From the NCBI GenBank assembly GCA_964456845.1, contig CAYWCV010000005.1, positions 14,852 to 78,851 of the forward strand: a stretch of DNA of 64,000 nt. Direction: 5' to 3'. The DNA comes from an uncultured Chitinophagales bacterium (GTDB lineage: Bacteria > Bacteroidota > Rhodothermia > Balneolales > CAYWCV01). A program made the position numbers and the translations under genes. Every line of letters begins with the position of its first letter. Positions within the stretch are counted from its first letter, which is position 1. Shown here piece by piece: positions 8,264-18,122 of the stretch. A model generated the notes under the pieces. The model was not told the origin of the DNA, ran no database searches, and saw only the letters and a list, made by a program, of their open reading frames with translations.

Positions 8264-10435
8264 TTATTTGATAAGTACCATCTTACGGTCGGCCGTGAAG
8301 TTGTTGGCTTCGAGGCGGTAGATGTAAACACCAGATGCCAGGCGTGAAGCATCGAAGTTCACGGCATGTGTACCTGATGTAAAGCGCTGGTTGTTCAGAA
8401 CCGTGGCCACTCGTTGTCCAAGCGTGTTGTAGATCGCAAGGCGCACTTCGCTGGTAACAGGAAGCGTGAAGTTGATCGTCGTGCTTGGGTTGAATGGGTT
8501 CGGGTAGTTCTGCGACAGAGCATAGCCTGCTGGCAGATCAGAGAAATCGCCCTCGTCGCTAGACAAGATGGCGCCATAATTTGGAAGCGGCTCGAATGGC
8601 AGGTCTTCACGGGTCCATGTCAGTAATGGGAACTGATAGGTCGAAGGCCAGCGAAGTTCACCGTCCACAACGATCGGCTTGATGAATTGGTAGTAGCGAC
8701 GGCCAGAGTCGAAACCACCGCCATTCAACAACGTGCTCTTAGCGCCACGTGGATGTCCGTAAGCGATACGGAATCCGATGTCGTTCAGCGTAGGCATGAC
8801 CAGAGGCATCACAAGCTCATAAATGCCGTCGCCGTCGGGATCGCGCATCATGATACGCTCAAGCTCCGCCGTGGTCGGCGTGTAGTTACGTGTCGGATTG
8901 TTTAGATCCTCGATACCGTTTACCGACTGCTCACCTGGACGAATGCCTTGGGTAAGAGCAAAGAAGTTGGTCTCAAACACGACGAAAACGGAGTCAGAGC
9001 TTGGTACAAACGGTGTTTCAAAGGTTTTGGCAGGATTCATGTCGATACGGAAGGTCACCGTAGAGGCGTTGCCAACGGTGTTTTCTTCGTTGATGAACGC
9101 CTGGCTCGAAATTCCGTTGAAGAAGGAAATACCCTCTAGCGGATTGAAGGTATCCTGGATCTCAGCATCAACGACGGTGTACACGCGGTCACCTCCACCA
9201 AATTCACCTGGCTCCTCGTAGCCTGTATCACCGGTCAAACCTGGGATATACGAATTTGGGCGGTAGTTTACGTCAAGCGGGTTGTTCACAAAGCGTGAGC
9301 GTGCCCACTGAATGTAGTACTTGAACTTACGCGTTGAGCCGACAGCGACGTTGTCGCTTGGAATTACTTTAGTCCATGCCTGCAGTGATGACTCGAACGT
9401 CATACCGCCGACTGCCGGACCTCTCTTTGGTCTTGGGTCGGAGCTGTCGGGGCTGTCTTCTGCCCATCCCGTGAAGTCGGACGCAACGAATACAGAGTCG
9501 CCCTTTGCGGCATCGAAGTAACCGAGGTCTTCAAGAGCACCCACTTGGATGGCGAAGCTGAACGATGTATTGATGCGTTTTGCGTTAGTAGGGCGCAGGC
9601 CGTTGAAGAAAGACCATTCGACAGACTTAGTTGTGATATCGCCAGAAAGATTCAGTTGCTTGTTGTTGCCATCTTCCCATGTCACGCCTTCTGAACCGCG
9701 ATCAATTGCGTATTTCCACTCAACAACGCCATTTCCTGGCAAGTTTGCTTTCGCAAACTTAGCTACACCACTGTAGAACGTTACTCCGACATTGTTGTTC
9801 GGGTTGGCTTCTCTGGCCAGTGTAACCGTCGCACTTCCCCAGTCGAGGGGAGCAGTACCACCGCGTACCTGAACCAAGTGGTTGCTGTTGGTGTCGTCAA
9901 GCAAACCATCCTGGATCATACGTCCCACGTTTACACGGAATTGGACTTGTACCGTGTCGGGGTGTGTTGCTCCAAAGACGGCGATCTCATCATAAAACAC
10001 TGTCGGCAGCACGACAGGGGCCGTTGCATTAGCCGGAAGTGTGTAAAGACGGTTTGGTGCGCTTTCCCAGCCTGTGTTGGGGACTGTTTCCGTGTTCACA
10101 ATCTGGTCGTCGGCATTACGGTAGCCGACCCAGTATTTGTGCTCAAAGGTGTCGCCTGGGGTCATCATGACTTCCATTTCCCAGGTGTTATCACCGACAT
10201 ACTCCATAATGAGTGTGGAACCTGCGTTCCAGTCGATGACCTGACCATTATATTGGGGGGCCTTCCCTTGAATGGCACCGCGCATCTGCACAACATCCGT
10301 TGTGCGTACGGTATCCTTCACCGTCGAGGTGTTGACTCGGAAGGTCACTTTCACAGGATCCTGTGCATATGACCAACCGGCCAGCCCCAAGACCATCATC
10401 AGCGAAGCTATTGCTAGCCTAGTAACCGTTTTCAT
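8264..10435 (-). CDS. secreted multi-domain putative starch-binding protein (CBM20-like modules) with T9SS CTD
   Basis: Signal peptide present. It has repeated beta-sandwich modules beginning VKVTFRVNT / VQVQFRVNVG / TVTFRIDMN. One fits the CBM20 pattern (VQVRGGTAPLDWG...VEWKYAI...VTWEDGNNKQL). CTD is YPNPFNPSTTINFTLP...GVYIYRL...KMVLIK. Confidence 0.6.
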   Translation of the reverse strand: MKTVTRLAIASLMMVLGLAGWSYAQDPVKVTFRVNTSTVKDTVRTTDVVQMRGAIQGKAPQYNGQVIDWNAGSTLIMEYVGDNTWEMEVMMTPGDTFEHKYWVGYRNADDQIVNTETVPNTGWESAPNRLYTLPANATAPVVLPTVFYDEIAVFGATHPDTVQVQFRVNVGRMIQDGLLDDTNSNHLVQVRGGTAPLDWGSATVTLAREANPNNNVGVTFYSGVAKFAKANLPGNGVVEWKYAIDRGSEGVTWEDGNNKQLNLSGDITTKSVEWSFFNGLRPTNAKRINTSFSFAIQVGALEDLGYFDAAKGDSVFVASDFTGWAEDSPDSSDPRPKRGPAVGGMTFESSLQAWTKVIPSDNVAVGSTRKFKYYIQWARSRFVNNPLDVNYRPNSYIPGLTGDTGYEEPGEFGGGDRVYTVVDAEIQDTFNPLEGISFFNGISSQAFINEENTVGNASTVTFRIDMNPAKTFETPFVPSSDSVFVVFETNFFALTQGIRPGEQSVNGIEDLNNPTRNYTPTTAELERIMMRDPDGDGIYELVMPLVMPTLNDIGFRIAYGHPRGAKSTLLNGGGFDSGRRYYQFIKPIVVDGELRWPSTYQFPLLTWTREDLPFEPLPNYGAILSSDEGDFSDLPAGYALSQNYPNPFNPSTTINFTLPVTSEVRLAIYNTLGQRVATVLNNQRFTSGTHAVNFDASRLASGVYIYRLEANNFTADRKMVLIK

Positions 10436-10486
10436 GGTTTTCTCCTTGGTTGTTGGTTGGTACGGGTTTTTCCGTAAGCTTTTCGG

Positions 10487-11557
10487 TTAGAATGAAATTG
10501 AAAAAGAGACTCGGTTAACCAACCCGAGGTTGGTGTACGAGTTGAGTGCGTATCCGAAATCGAAGCCAAGACCGTTGTTGAGGCTGTGCTTGATTCCGGC
10601 ACCGGCCGTGAATTTGAGCGTGCGCTCATCTTCGGTGCGTCCTGTGATGTACGGCACGCCTGCACGCAGGGCAAAGCGGTCGCCGAGGAAGGTCACCTCG
10701 GTGCCGAGGCTTACGCTCTGATAATTATCGTTGGGCGAGGTTCCGTCGACCATGATCGTCGCACTAATCTGCTCCGTCTTGATCGGCTGCCAGGCTAGAC
10801 CTACACGCAGCATGAGTGGCAAGTCGAATTCGTCGGTTTCAAGCCGCGTGTTCACTTGGCCGTTGTTGCCGTTGTTGGTAGGGTCGATGTCGACCGTCGT
10901 GGTCAGGTCCTTACCGTTAATCTGCATCTTCTGACCAAAGTTGGTGATGCTCACTCCTAAGATGATGCCATCGAAGGGCGTTTCGTAGGTTGTGCCGATA
11001 TCGAAGGCGATTGCGGAGGCGCTCGAATTCCAGATGGTTTCGTTCACATATTTGACGTTGGCACCTAAGGCAAACTTATCGATGAGATACCTGGCGTAGG
11101 TCACACCTACCGCATAGCTGTACGCACGAAATTTCAGGCCCAATGAACCCTCTGGATCTTCAAAGGTGGTCACGGTCATGTCGTCCATGGTCAATGCGGT
11201 GATGTTCACACCTACAGCGCTTCGGTTACCCATGGGCATCACGAAACCAAGGTAGTTATGCTTAAGGTCGAGGAACCAATCGGCGTGCTCAACCATGAGC
11301 GAGTTGTTCTCGATATTCGCAATGGCGCTTGGGTTCCAGACCATGGCGGAAGCATCGTTGACGGAAGCACCAACGGCACCCCCCAAGGCTGCCGAGCGCG
11401 AGCCCACCGGAATTTTTAAGAACTGTGCGGCCGTTGTACCCGTTTTTGAAACGGTTTGACCAAACGATGAGACGGGGGAAAAGCAAATCGCCATCATCAG
11501 GAAGGTCAATCGGAGAGTCAGATGTGTTTTCATAGTGTGTTTTCTCCCTGATATCAT
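10487..11557 (-). CDS. PorV/PorQ-family outer-membrane beta-barrel (T9SS-associated)
   Basis: After the signal peptide comes GTTAAQFLKIPVGSRSAALGGA...DASAMVWNPSAIA, the N-terminal hallmark of PorV/PorQ-family barrels. The C-terminal residue is F. The ATG at 11557 overlaps the upstream stop (ATGA). An alternative ATG lies at 11533. Confidence 0.7.
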   Translation of the reverse strand: MISGRKHTMKTHLTLRLTFLMMAICFSPVSSFGQTVSKTGTTAAQFLKIPVGSRSAALGGAVGASVNDASAMVWNPSAIANIENNSLMVEHADWFLDLKHNYLGFVMPMGNRSAVGVNITALTMDDMTVTTFEDPEGSLGLKFRAYSYAVGVTYARYLIDKFALGANVKYVNETIWNSSASAIAFDIGTTYETPFDGIILGVSITNFGQKMQINGKDLTTTVDIDPTNNGNNGQVNTRLETDEFDLPLMLRVGLAWQPIKTEQISATIMVDGTSPNDNYQSVSLGTEVTFLGDRFALRAGVPYITGRTEDERTLKFTAGAGIKHSLNNGLGFDFGYALNSYTNLGLVNRVSFSISF

Positions 11558-14500
11558 TTGATGACTGCGAATTTGTCTTTCTTGACCCCTATGCCTGGGG
11601 CATCAACTACGTACAGATAGACCCCATAGGAGAGCTCCAGGTTATCCTTGGTGAGCATATTCCAAATGTAGGTCCCGTCGTCGTTTCGGTTGTTCACTTC
11701 CAGCTTATTCACCAGGTGACCAGACACCGTATAGATGTAGATCGTGCACTTTGCGGGCAAGTGGTTGAAGTGCATCTGCCGCGTCTGTTGTGGCTGAGAT
11801 GTGGTTGGTCGAGGCTCAACAATGTTGGTCACGACATATGGATTGGGTACGACCTTAATCTTATCGAGGGCATTCTTTGCGGAGTCGGCTTCAACCCTGG
11901 CCATATTCAGTTCGGGATCGATCTTGAATTCGAAGATGTCGTTTGCCGTGAACGGTTTGATGGTCTTCAGTTCTAGTCTGTCGCCATTGGTTGGGTTCAC
12001 ACTCTGCACGACGTTGCTAGGCACTAAGTACACACGCCAGGTGAACTGGTTGCGCAATGCCCCTACATTCTCGATGAAGATGATGTCGTCTCGTACGGTG
12101 AATGACGAAGCTGAGAAGTTGCCGTCCTGACCGTCGGTTGCCAAGAACGCAAATTGCACCTCCCGGTCTTCGGTGCGGTTGAACACCTTAAAGTTGGTTG
12201 GACGCGATATTGCCCGCACCGGTATGGCGCCGATGCGAATGGTGGTGTCTTTCGAGGTGCCAAAACCCGGCGGACCCATCACGATTTCATAATCGCTCGG
12301 TTTGGTCTGGTTGCGGAACACCTCAAACCGGACATCGTGAATGGAGACATTTCGATCGGTACGCCATCCCGACAATGTTGGGTTGTACGCGGTCACTTCA
12401 CCGGCATTGGTGACGATAACCCTGAAGCCCTGCTGCACCGGATTGCTCTCTCCGTTAAAGCCTGGCGAATTCTTGATCAGGGTGTCGATGCGACCGGCTG
12501 AAATGTTCAATAATGAGAAATCCTTGGTCTTGACCGTATCAGGTACGTTTGGGTTGCCCGACCGGATCAAGGTATCGCGGAAAACGACACGGTAGGTGTT
12601 ATCAGCTCGCAGGGAATCGGGGTCAATGATCGATACTTCGACGGTTCCCCCGGCAGAACCCTGCACTAAACGCGCCATCGGGTTGTCAGGGTTGATATAG
12701 CCTGCCGAGCTGGCACGTGGGCGCACGACAACAACATTCTCGCCGGTTACGACCGATCCGTCCGGATTCAGGTTGATCTGAATCGGCGACTCAGAAGGAG
12801 AAATCCCGGCAGGGGTTGCCCCAAAATCGTAGGCGGTAACGGCATAGTAGTACACACGACCATTGATTACATCGGTGTCAGTGAACTGACGTTGCAGACC
12901 GGTGTCGTTTCCTAGGAAGAACTTGATGCCGTTTACATCGACAGGATGGAAACCCGAGAATCCGTTCACCTTGTCGAACTGAGCAATTGGGCGGTTGAAT
13001 ATCAAGTTGCCGAAGCCGTCGGTAATCGTACGGGAGTCGGCGAAGGCAGGATCGGTCGACTTATAGATCTTGTAACCTTCGAAATCGTTTCCAGGAAGTC
13101 CAAGCTTGTCGACATAGCGGTCAAATGAAAGCTCTGAGTCAGTGTCCCAATACAGTGTGACGTAACCGTCGCCGGCTACAGCCTTCACTTTTGGAGGCTT
13201 AGGCGCCACGGCAAACTGATAGTCAGCTTCGTATGCGTTTGTAGCCTGGTTCAAGTTCTCGTTGTTTTTCACCCGGTCCTGCTCGAGCGAACCATTGGTC
13301 TGGGCGACCGATATTGCCACAGCGAAGCGTTCGATGGATCCTCGCCGCAACGGAAAGAAGGACGAGGTGATCAAAATGTCAGAGTCTTGGCTCGTGGCGC
13401 CGGCTTCGAAGACACCCGGACGCATGTTGTTGTTCCAGAAACTCTCGTCGGCAGCGAAGTTGGCTCCAGATCCCAACGTGCCGGCACCGGGGAACGTGAC
13501 GGATGAGATACCGATCTGGTCTGATTCTGAGACGTCTGTCTTGTCAATATTAGGCTCGCCAGGAAACGGCGTGAACGCACCCGATGTCGGCCTTCCGTCG
13601 CCCTCGCCGGTGTCTCCCGTAGCCTCGACCCCATCAAGTCCGACATCGTCGCTAACCTCAACCCAATCGCGGTCGTTGTCGAAGAAGTCGTCGCGAGCTT
13701 CGTCGATCATCGGCGCACTGGTGAAGTAGTTGCGGTCTTCGGCCGGGAACGATGGACTCGATGCGCGTCGCTGCGTGATCAAGCGGTTGGGTACGATCAG
13801 GCCACGTTGAATGGTATCGCCTACCTCAAATCGGAGGTAATTAATGTAGCGAACAGGTCTTGGAAGGAAATTGCCGTTCACAAGTGTCTGCTTGGTGAGG
13901 TGGTTTGGACGGTTCTCATCAATAAGTCCATCCAAGTCGTTATCTAACAAATCTGTATTGTAGAACTCGTTCGTCGAGCCCGGAATGGCGATGGCATCTT
14001 CAATGAGCGTGATACCGTTGGGGGGCAAAACAATCTGCCTGCCCTGGGATACGACCGTACCACCACCTTGTGGGTAAGTGGATATCACCCGATCACCGTT
14101 TTCCTGGATCAGGACGATCTTGTCGCCAGGACGCAGTGTGCGAGAAGCGAAGTCTTCGGCGGTAAAGAATGGAATCACTTCCGAAACCAGTTGGTTGCGG
14201 TTGTAAAAACCGTTCGGACCCGTGAGCAAATTGAACAAATCCTCGTTTTGTGGATTCGTGCCATCGTACTGGTCACTGTCGCCGTCGTTGTCGATGCCGT
14301 CGATGGAATTGCCCGGGGTTTCGAGGAACTTCATGGCAAGCATACCAATTGGCTGGCCGTTAAATTCGGGCGGCGACTGTGTGCGCTGAAGATCTGTCAA
14401 ATAGGCGACGGCACGTCTCTGGTCAAATTCGGGACGGTCGTTCGAAGGAGTGCCCACCCAGTCGGCAACCCAAAGGGTGAAGGCCATCTTGTCGTAGTTG

Positions 14501-15252
14501 TAGGATCCGTCGTTGAACACCTCCATGATGTTGAAGTGAACGTCGCTGATCAGGATCTGCGACCATGCCAAGACACGGGTGTCGAGCTTGATGGCGAGTC
14601 CGCCTCGGGTAGGATCCGTTTGATCCGGTGCAAAGCGGCCATTCTCGATGAATCGGGTGTAGTTGTCATCGCTGGCACGATAGAAGAACTCCTGGTCGGC
14701 GTTGAAGATGTCTTTGCCAAAGAAGCCGTTCCATGCGTTTGGCCAACCGGGATCGACGGTGTCAGTAATTTTGTCAGGCCAGAACGACGGCCAGGTGTTA
14801 CCCAAGGTGGAACCGGGTCCACGATCGCTTCGGGCCAATTCAGGGCTTCCTGCATTGAAATAGCCTGAAACAGGGTTCATGTTCCAGCTCCTGCCCTGAC
14901 TCGTGCGCCCGTTGGGCGTGTTGACGATGCGCAGCACGCCAGTGGCTCCTGGAGCTTGGTCGTTTACTTCGGCGCCCACGAAAATCGCGAACAGGTACAT
15001 GTACTGGCGTCCCGTGTTCTTCGGATATTCAAAGATGATTTCGTCTTGACCGGAAATGCGTCCAGCCCACCCGAAATTGTGATACGTGGCGCGCACGTTG
15101 TTGCCATCGAGGATCGACTTGCGCCTGTCCTGAAAGGATGAGCGCTCGTCGCTCGGAATATGCTCGCCGTTGCTCTGTGCAACCACGGGTGCAACCAGGG
15201 CCAGGTATAGTGCTCCAGTCAACAAATATTTGAGTGCAAACATAGATTTCAT
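11554..15252 (-). CDS. 1232-aa secreted protein of unknown function with Asp-rich Ca-binding-type repeats and a divergent T9SS/FlgD-Ig-like C-terminal domain
   Basis: Signal peptide MKSMFALKYLLTGALYLALVAPVVAQ. Motifs IDGIDNDGDSDQYDG, LLDNDLDGLIDEN and FFDNDRDW..DDVGLDG resemble thrombospondin type 3 repeats. The C-terminus is VVPNPY...TIYIYTVSGHLV...YGVYLYVV...KFAVIK. Confidence 0.8.
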   Translation of the reverse strand: MKSMFALKYLLTGALYLALVAPVVAQSNGEHIPSDERSSFQDRRKSILDGNNVRATYHNFGWAGRISGQDEIIFEYPKNTGRQYMYLFAIFVGAEVNDQAPGATGVLRIVNTPNGRTSQGRSWNMNPVSGYFNAGSPELARSDRGPGSTLGNTWPSFWPDKITDTVDPGWPNAWNGFFGKDIFNADQEFFYRASDDNYTRFIENGRFAPDQTDPTRGGLAIKLDTRVLAWSQILISDVHFNIMEVFNDGSYNYDKMAFTLWVADWVGTPSNDRPEFDQRRAVAYLTDLQRTQSPPEFNGQPIGMLAMKFLETPGNSIDGIDNDGDSDQYDGTNPQNEDLFNLLTGPNGFYNRNQLVSEVIPFFTAEDFASRTLRPGDKIVLIQENGDRVISTYPQGGGTVVSQGRQIVLPPNGITLIEDAIAIPGSTNEFYNTDLLDNDLDGLIDENRPNHLTKQTLVNGNFLPRPVRYINYLRFEVGDTIQRGLIVPNRLITQRRASSPSFPAEDRNYFTSAPMIDEARDDFFDNDRDWVEVSDDVGLDGVEATGDTGEGDGRPTSGAFTPFPGEPNIDKTDVSESDQIGISSVTFPGAGTLGSGANFAADESFWNNNMRPGVFEAGATSQDSDILITSSFFPLRRGSIERFAVAISVAQTNGSLEQDRVKNNENLNQATNAYEADYQFAVAPKPPKVKAVAGDGYVTLYWDTDSELSFDRYVDKLGLPGNDFEGYKIYKSTDPAFADSRTITDGFGNLIFNRPIAQFDKVNGFSGFHPVDVNGIKFFLGNDTGLQRQFTDTDVINGRVYYYAVTAYDFGATPAGISPSESPIQINLNPDGSVVTGENVVVVRPRASSAGYINPDNPMARLVQGSAGGTVEVSIIDPDSLRADNTYRVVFRDTLIRSGNPNVPDTVKTKDFSLLNISAGRIDTLIKNSPGFNGESNPVQQGFRVIVTNAGEVTAYNPTLSGWRTDRNVSIHDVRFEVFRNQTKPSDYEIVMGPPGFGTSKDTTIRIGAIPVRAISRPTNFKVFNRTEDREVQFAFLATDGQDGNFSASSFTVRDDIIFIENVGALRNQFTWRVYLVPSNVVQSVNPTNGDRLELKTIKPFTANDIFEFKIDPELNMARVEADSAKNALDKIKVVPNPYVVTNIVEPRPTTSQPQQTRQMHFNHLPAKCTIYIYTVSGHLVNKLEVNNRNDDGTYIWNMLTKDNLELSYGVYLYVVDAPGIGVKKDKFAVIK

Positions 15253-15267
15253 TGGTCCTGGTATGGC

Positions 15268-18114
15268 TTAGTAAAAGGATAATTGCAATCCGAACTGGAC
15301 CCTGCGGGGCTCGGAGTAAAACGTCGGGTTCGTGTAGAAGCCCGGGTCAAAATTTGTGGGGAACAGCAATGGCGACTCCGGCCTGCCCGAATCTCCGTAG
15401 ACATTGATCGGATTCTGAGAATCGAACACATTGAACACATTCAAAAATATCCTCGCCGTCTGCCCTTTGATATTGAAATCTTTGTATGCATTCACGTCGA
15501 CACTGATGTTAGACGGACGCACCAGGCTGTTCGTCAGCACATCGGTGGAGGCATTGATACCCACCCGGCTTGGTATGGACGTGTCGGGTGTGTATGGGTT
15601 TCCGGTCTGGAACTTCTGCAGGATGTTCATGCCCCACGACTTGCCGGCATAAAAGATGGACGAGTTGAAGATGTGCTTGCGGTCCCAATCGAGTGGCCTC
15701 AGAAGCTTTGTGAGTGCCGAACCTGTGGTGTCGTTTCTGGAGAGGGCCGCGAAAAACTCGGCGGCAGGATCGGAGTTCGACCCCTCGGCAATCGAAAACG
15801 TGTAGTCGAACCTGACGCTGATGGCATTGGCCACGTTCTGGTTGAGGGATGCCGTGATGCCGCGCACATTGGCATAGTCGCGGTTGATCCAAGTACCATA
15901 TCGCACGCTGGGGATGTAAGTCTCGGTGGTCGGACCCGAAGATATCCAGTCGCGGATGTCACGATAGAAGCCCGTAACATCGATGGCGGTTCCGGCAATG
16001 ATTTCCTGCTGCAGACCCAGCTCGTACTGGATCGTCTTCTGTGGCTTCAGATCCGGATTTCCGTAGATGCCGTAAATACCGGAATTTTCCTCAAGAATGA
16101 TCTGATCGCGCGTAAATAGTCGGTCATATTCAGGAATCTGGAAGAAGTAGCCGTAGGAGAAACGAATTACACCACGGTCCGAAATCGGATATGCCACACC
16201 GAGGCGTGGGCTTAGGGCAAACTTCGGATCCACCCTGCGGAACCAGTAGGACTCGCGCTGTTGCAGGGTGTTGTTGCGGTTTTCGGTCAGGAAGGGGTTG
16301 AAGATGTCTGGATCTTTCGGATCGGCCGGCACATTGGCATTGGCGTTGAAATAGTCGAAGCGAACACCCAAATTGATGATCAGGTTCTCGTATTCCATCT
16401 TGTCCTGAATGAATGCCGCTGCAGCATAGGGCTTACGTTGATACCGCTGGTGATCGGAGGTGTTGATCGGTGGGATACCCATCGACACTCCGGGAGGTGC
16501 CGTCACCCCGTTTTGCTCGTTCACGGGCTGCAGCGAGAATGAATCGTAGTCGAGAACATCCGACTGAAATTCAATGCCCGTCTTTATGTAATGGCGCTGA
16601 TTTACCTGGCTGGAGAGTTCGACCTTTGCGATGAAGGTCTTGGTGTTTCTTTCGAAGAATCCGTTGCTGGTTCCCAATCGGTTGAACCTGCCGGATTGGC
16701 CAGGAGTGAAGATGGGGTCGAGCGATCCTAGCCGTTGGTAGTTGAAGTATCTGAGGTCGTATGGATCCTTGTACAGGTAGCTCCTGAAGTTGTTTTCCTT
16801 CTGAGCGATATTTGCCGTAAGGAAGGTGTTGTTCGACGGCGTCACGGTAGTCTTCAGGTTCAGCGAATAGTTTTGGCGCAGACTTTGGGCACGGCCATCG
16901 GGAACGGTGCGGTTCTGGTGGTCGTATCCCCTGCCACGCTCGTCGCCAAATAAACCGATCAGGTTGAAGCGCAGCTTTTTATTCACGTTGAACTGCAAGT
17001 TGCCTTGGGCCGATACGGTTTCGAAGGTGTTCATGGCGACCAAAGCAGAGTCGCGCACCCCTGTGTCGCGATAAACGATGTTCCCGTTTGCCAGTGTGTC
17101 GAGTGGCAGATACCACGATCTGCTGAAATCGACACGGTCACCAAATCGGTTGACACCACCCGTCGTAAGCGTGTCGGTAAATGGCCCGAGCGGTGAGTAC
17201 GCATTGTATCCATTCAGCCATCCGTCGTTCTTAAAGTGTCGGCCCGTTATGAAAAACGTCAGTTTATCTTTGATGATGGGACCGGACACACTCGCGTCGA
17301 TGTTGTACTGCCGCTGCGGATTGAGCCCTGTGATAGCCGTGTTCGTCCCATTGAAAATATGGCCGTTCGAAGTGAGGTAGTCGCCGGCCCAGATGCGGAA
17401 GTTGCCGTCAAATTTGTTTGATCCTGCTTTGGTCACCACATTGATGATACCGGACATCGCCTGTCCATATTCGGCATTGAATGTTCCAGATATCACCTGG
17501 AGCTCCTGCACGGAGTTGTTCTCGATACGCACGCCCTGGCTGTTGTCGAAGTTGTCGGTCACGCGAACGCCGTCGACGATGTACGAAACCTCGGTGGAGC
17601 GGCCGCCACGGATGTGGATGGATCCCGTCGAGCTGACGGAAACACCCGCCTGCAACTGCACGACGTCGCGCAGCTCCTGTACCGGAAGCTTCGCGATCTC
17701 CTCGCGGCTCACACGGGCTTCGGTACTGGTCAAATCCTTGATGATGACATCCCTGTTGGCCTGTACGACAACCTCTTCGCCAACAAATGACTCCGTGCGC
17801 AGACGGAAATTGGCCTCTGTGGTCAGGTCGGTACGCACAATCACCCCTTCGGTGGTTTGCGTGACGTACCCCAGGAATCTGGCGACCAGCTTATACGTGC
17901 CAGGTGGGACATTCAGAATGAGGAAGCGTCCTTCGATGTCGGTTGGCGCACCGATGGTCGTGCCCTCGATGAATACGTTTGCCCCAGGAAGCGGCTCGCC
18001 GTCGGTCGCATCGAGAACCCGTCCGGTAATTTTCCCAGACTGGGCAAAAATGTCGGCTGGCATTGCTACGAATGCAATGAGGCAAAGGATGAGTAATAGA
18101 AACCGTGAGTTCAT
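15268..18114 (-). CDS. TonB-dependent outer-membrane receptor with N-terminal carboxypeptidase-regulatory-like domain
   Basis: Signal peptide present. GKITGRVLDATDGEPLPGANVFIEGTTIGAPTDIEGRFLILNVPPGTYKLVARFLGY is a CarboxypepD_reg domain. A plug (IHIRGGRSTEVSYIVDGV) and a long barrel ending QLSFY follow. Confidence 0.9.
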   Translation of the reverse strand: MNSRFLLLILCLIAFVAMPADIFAQSGKITGRVLDATDGEPLPGANVFIEGTTIGAPTDIEGRFLILNVPPGTYKLVARFLGYVTQTTEGVIVRTDLTTEANFRLRTESFVGEEVVVQANRDVIIKDLTSTEARVSREEIAKLPVQELRDVVQLQAGVSVSSTGSIHIRGGRSTEVSYIVDGVRVTDNFDNSQGVRIENNSVQELQVISGTFNAEYGQAMSGIINVVTKAGSNKFDGNFRIWAGDYLTSNGHIFNGTNTAITGLNPQRQYNIDASVSGPIIKDKLTFFITGRHFKNDGWLNGYNAYSPLGPFTDTLTTGGVNRFGDRVDFSRSWYLPLDTLANGNIVYRDTGVRDSALVAMNTFETVSAQGNLQFNVNKKLRFNLIGLFGDERGRGYDHQNRTVPDGRAQSLRQNYSLNLKTTVTPSNNTFLTANIAQKENNFRSYLYKDPYDLRYFNYQRLGSLDPIFTPGQSGRFNRLGTSNGFFERNTKTFIAKVELSSQVNQRHYIKTGIEFQSDVLDYDSFSLQPVNEQNGVTAPPGVSMGIPPINTSDHQRYQRKPYAAAAFIQDKMEYENLIINLGVRFDYFNANANVPADPKDPDIFNPFLTENRNNTLQQRESYWFRRVDPKFALSPRLGVAYPISDRGVIRFSYGYFFQIPEYDRLFTRDQIILEENSGIYGIYGNPDLKPQKTIQYELGLQQEIIAGTAIDVTGFYRDIRDWISSGPTTETYIPSVRYGTWINRDYANVRGITASLNQNVANAISVRFDYTFSIAEGSNSDPAAEFFAALSRNDTTGSALTKLLRPLDWDRKHIFNSSIFYAGKSWGMNILQKFQTGNPYTPDTSIPSRVGINASTDVLTNSLVRPSNISVDVNAYKDFNIKGQTARIFLNVFNVFDSQNPINVYGDSGRPESPLLFPTNFDPGFYTNPTFYSEPRRVQFGLQLSFY

Positions 18115-18122
18115 TTTTCGTA

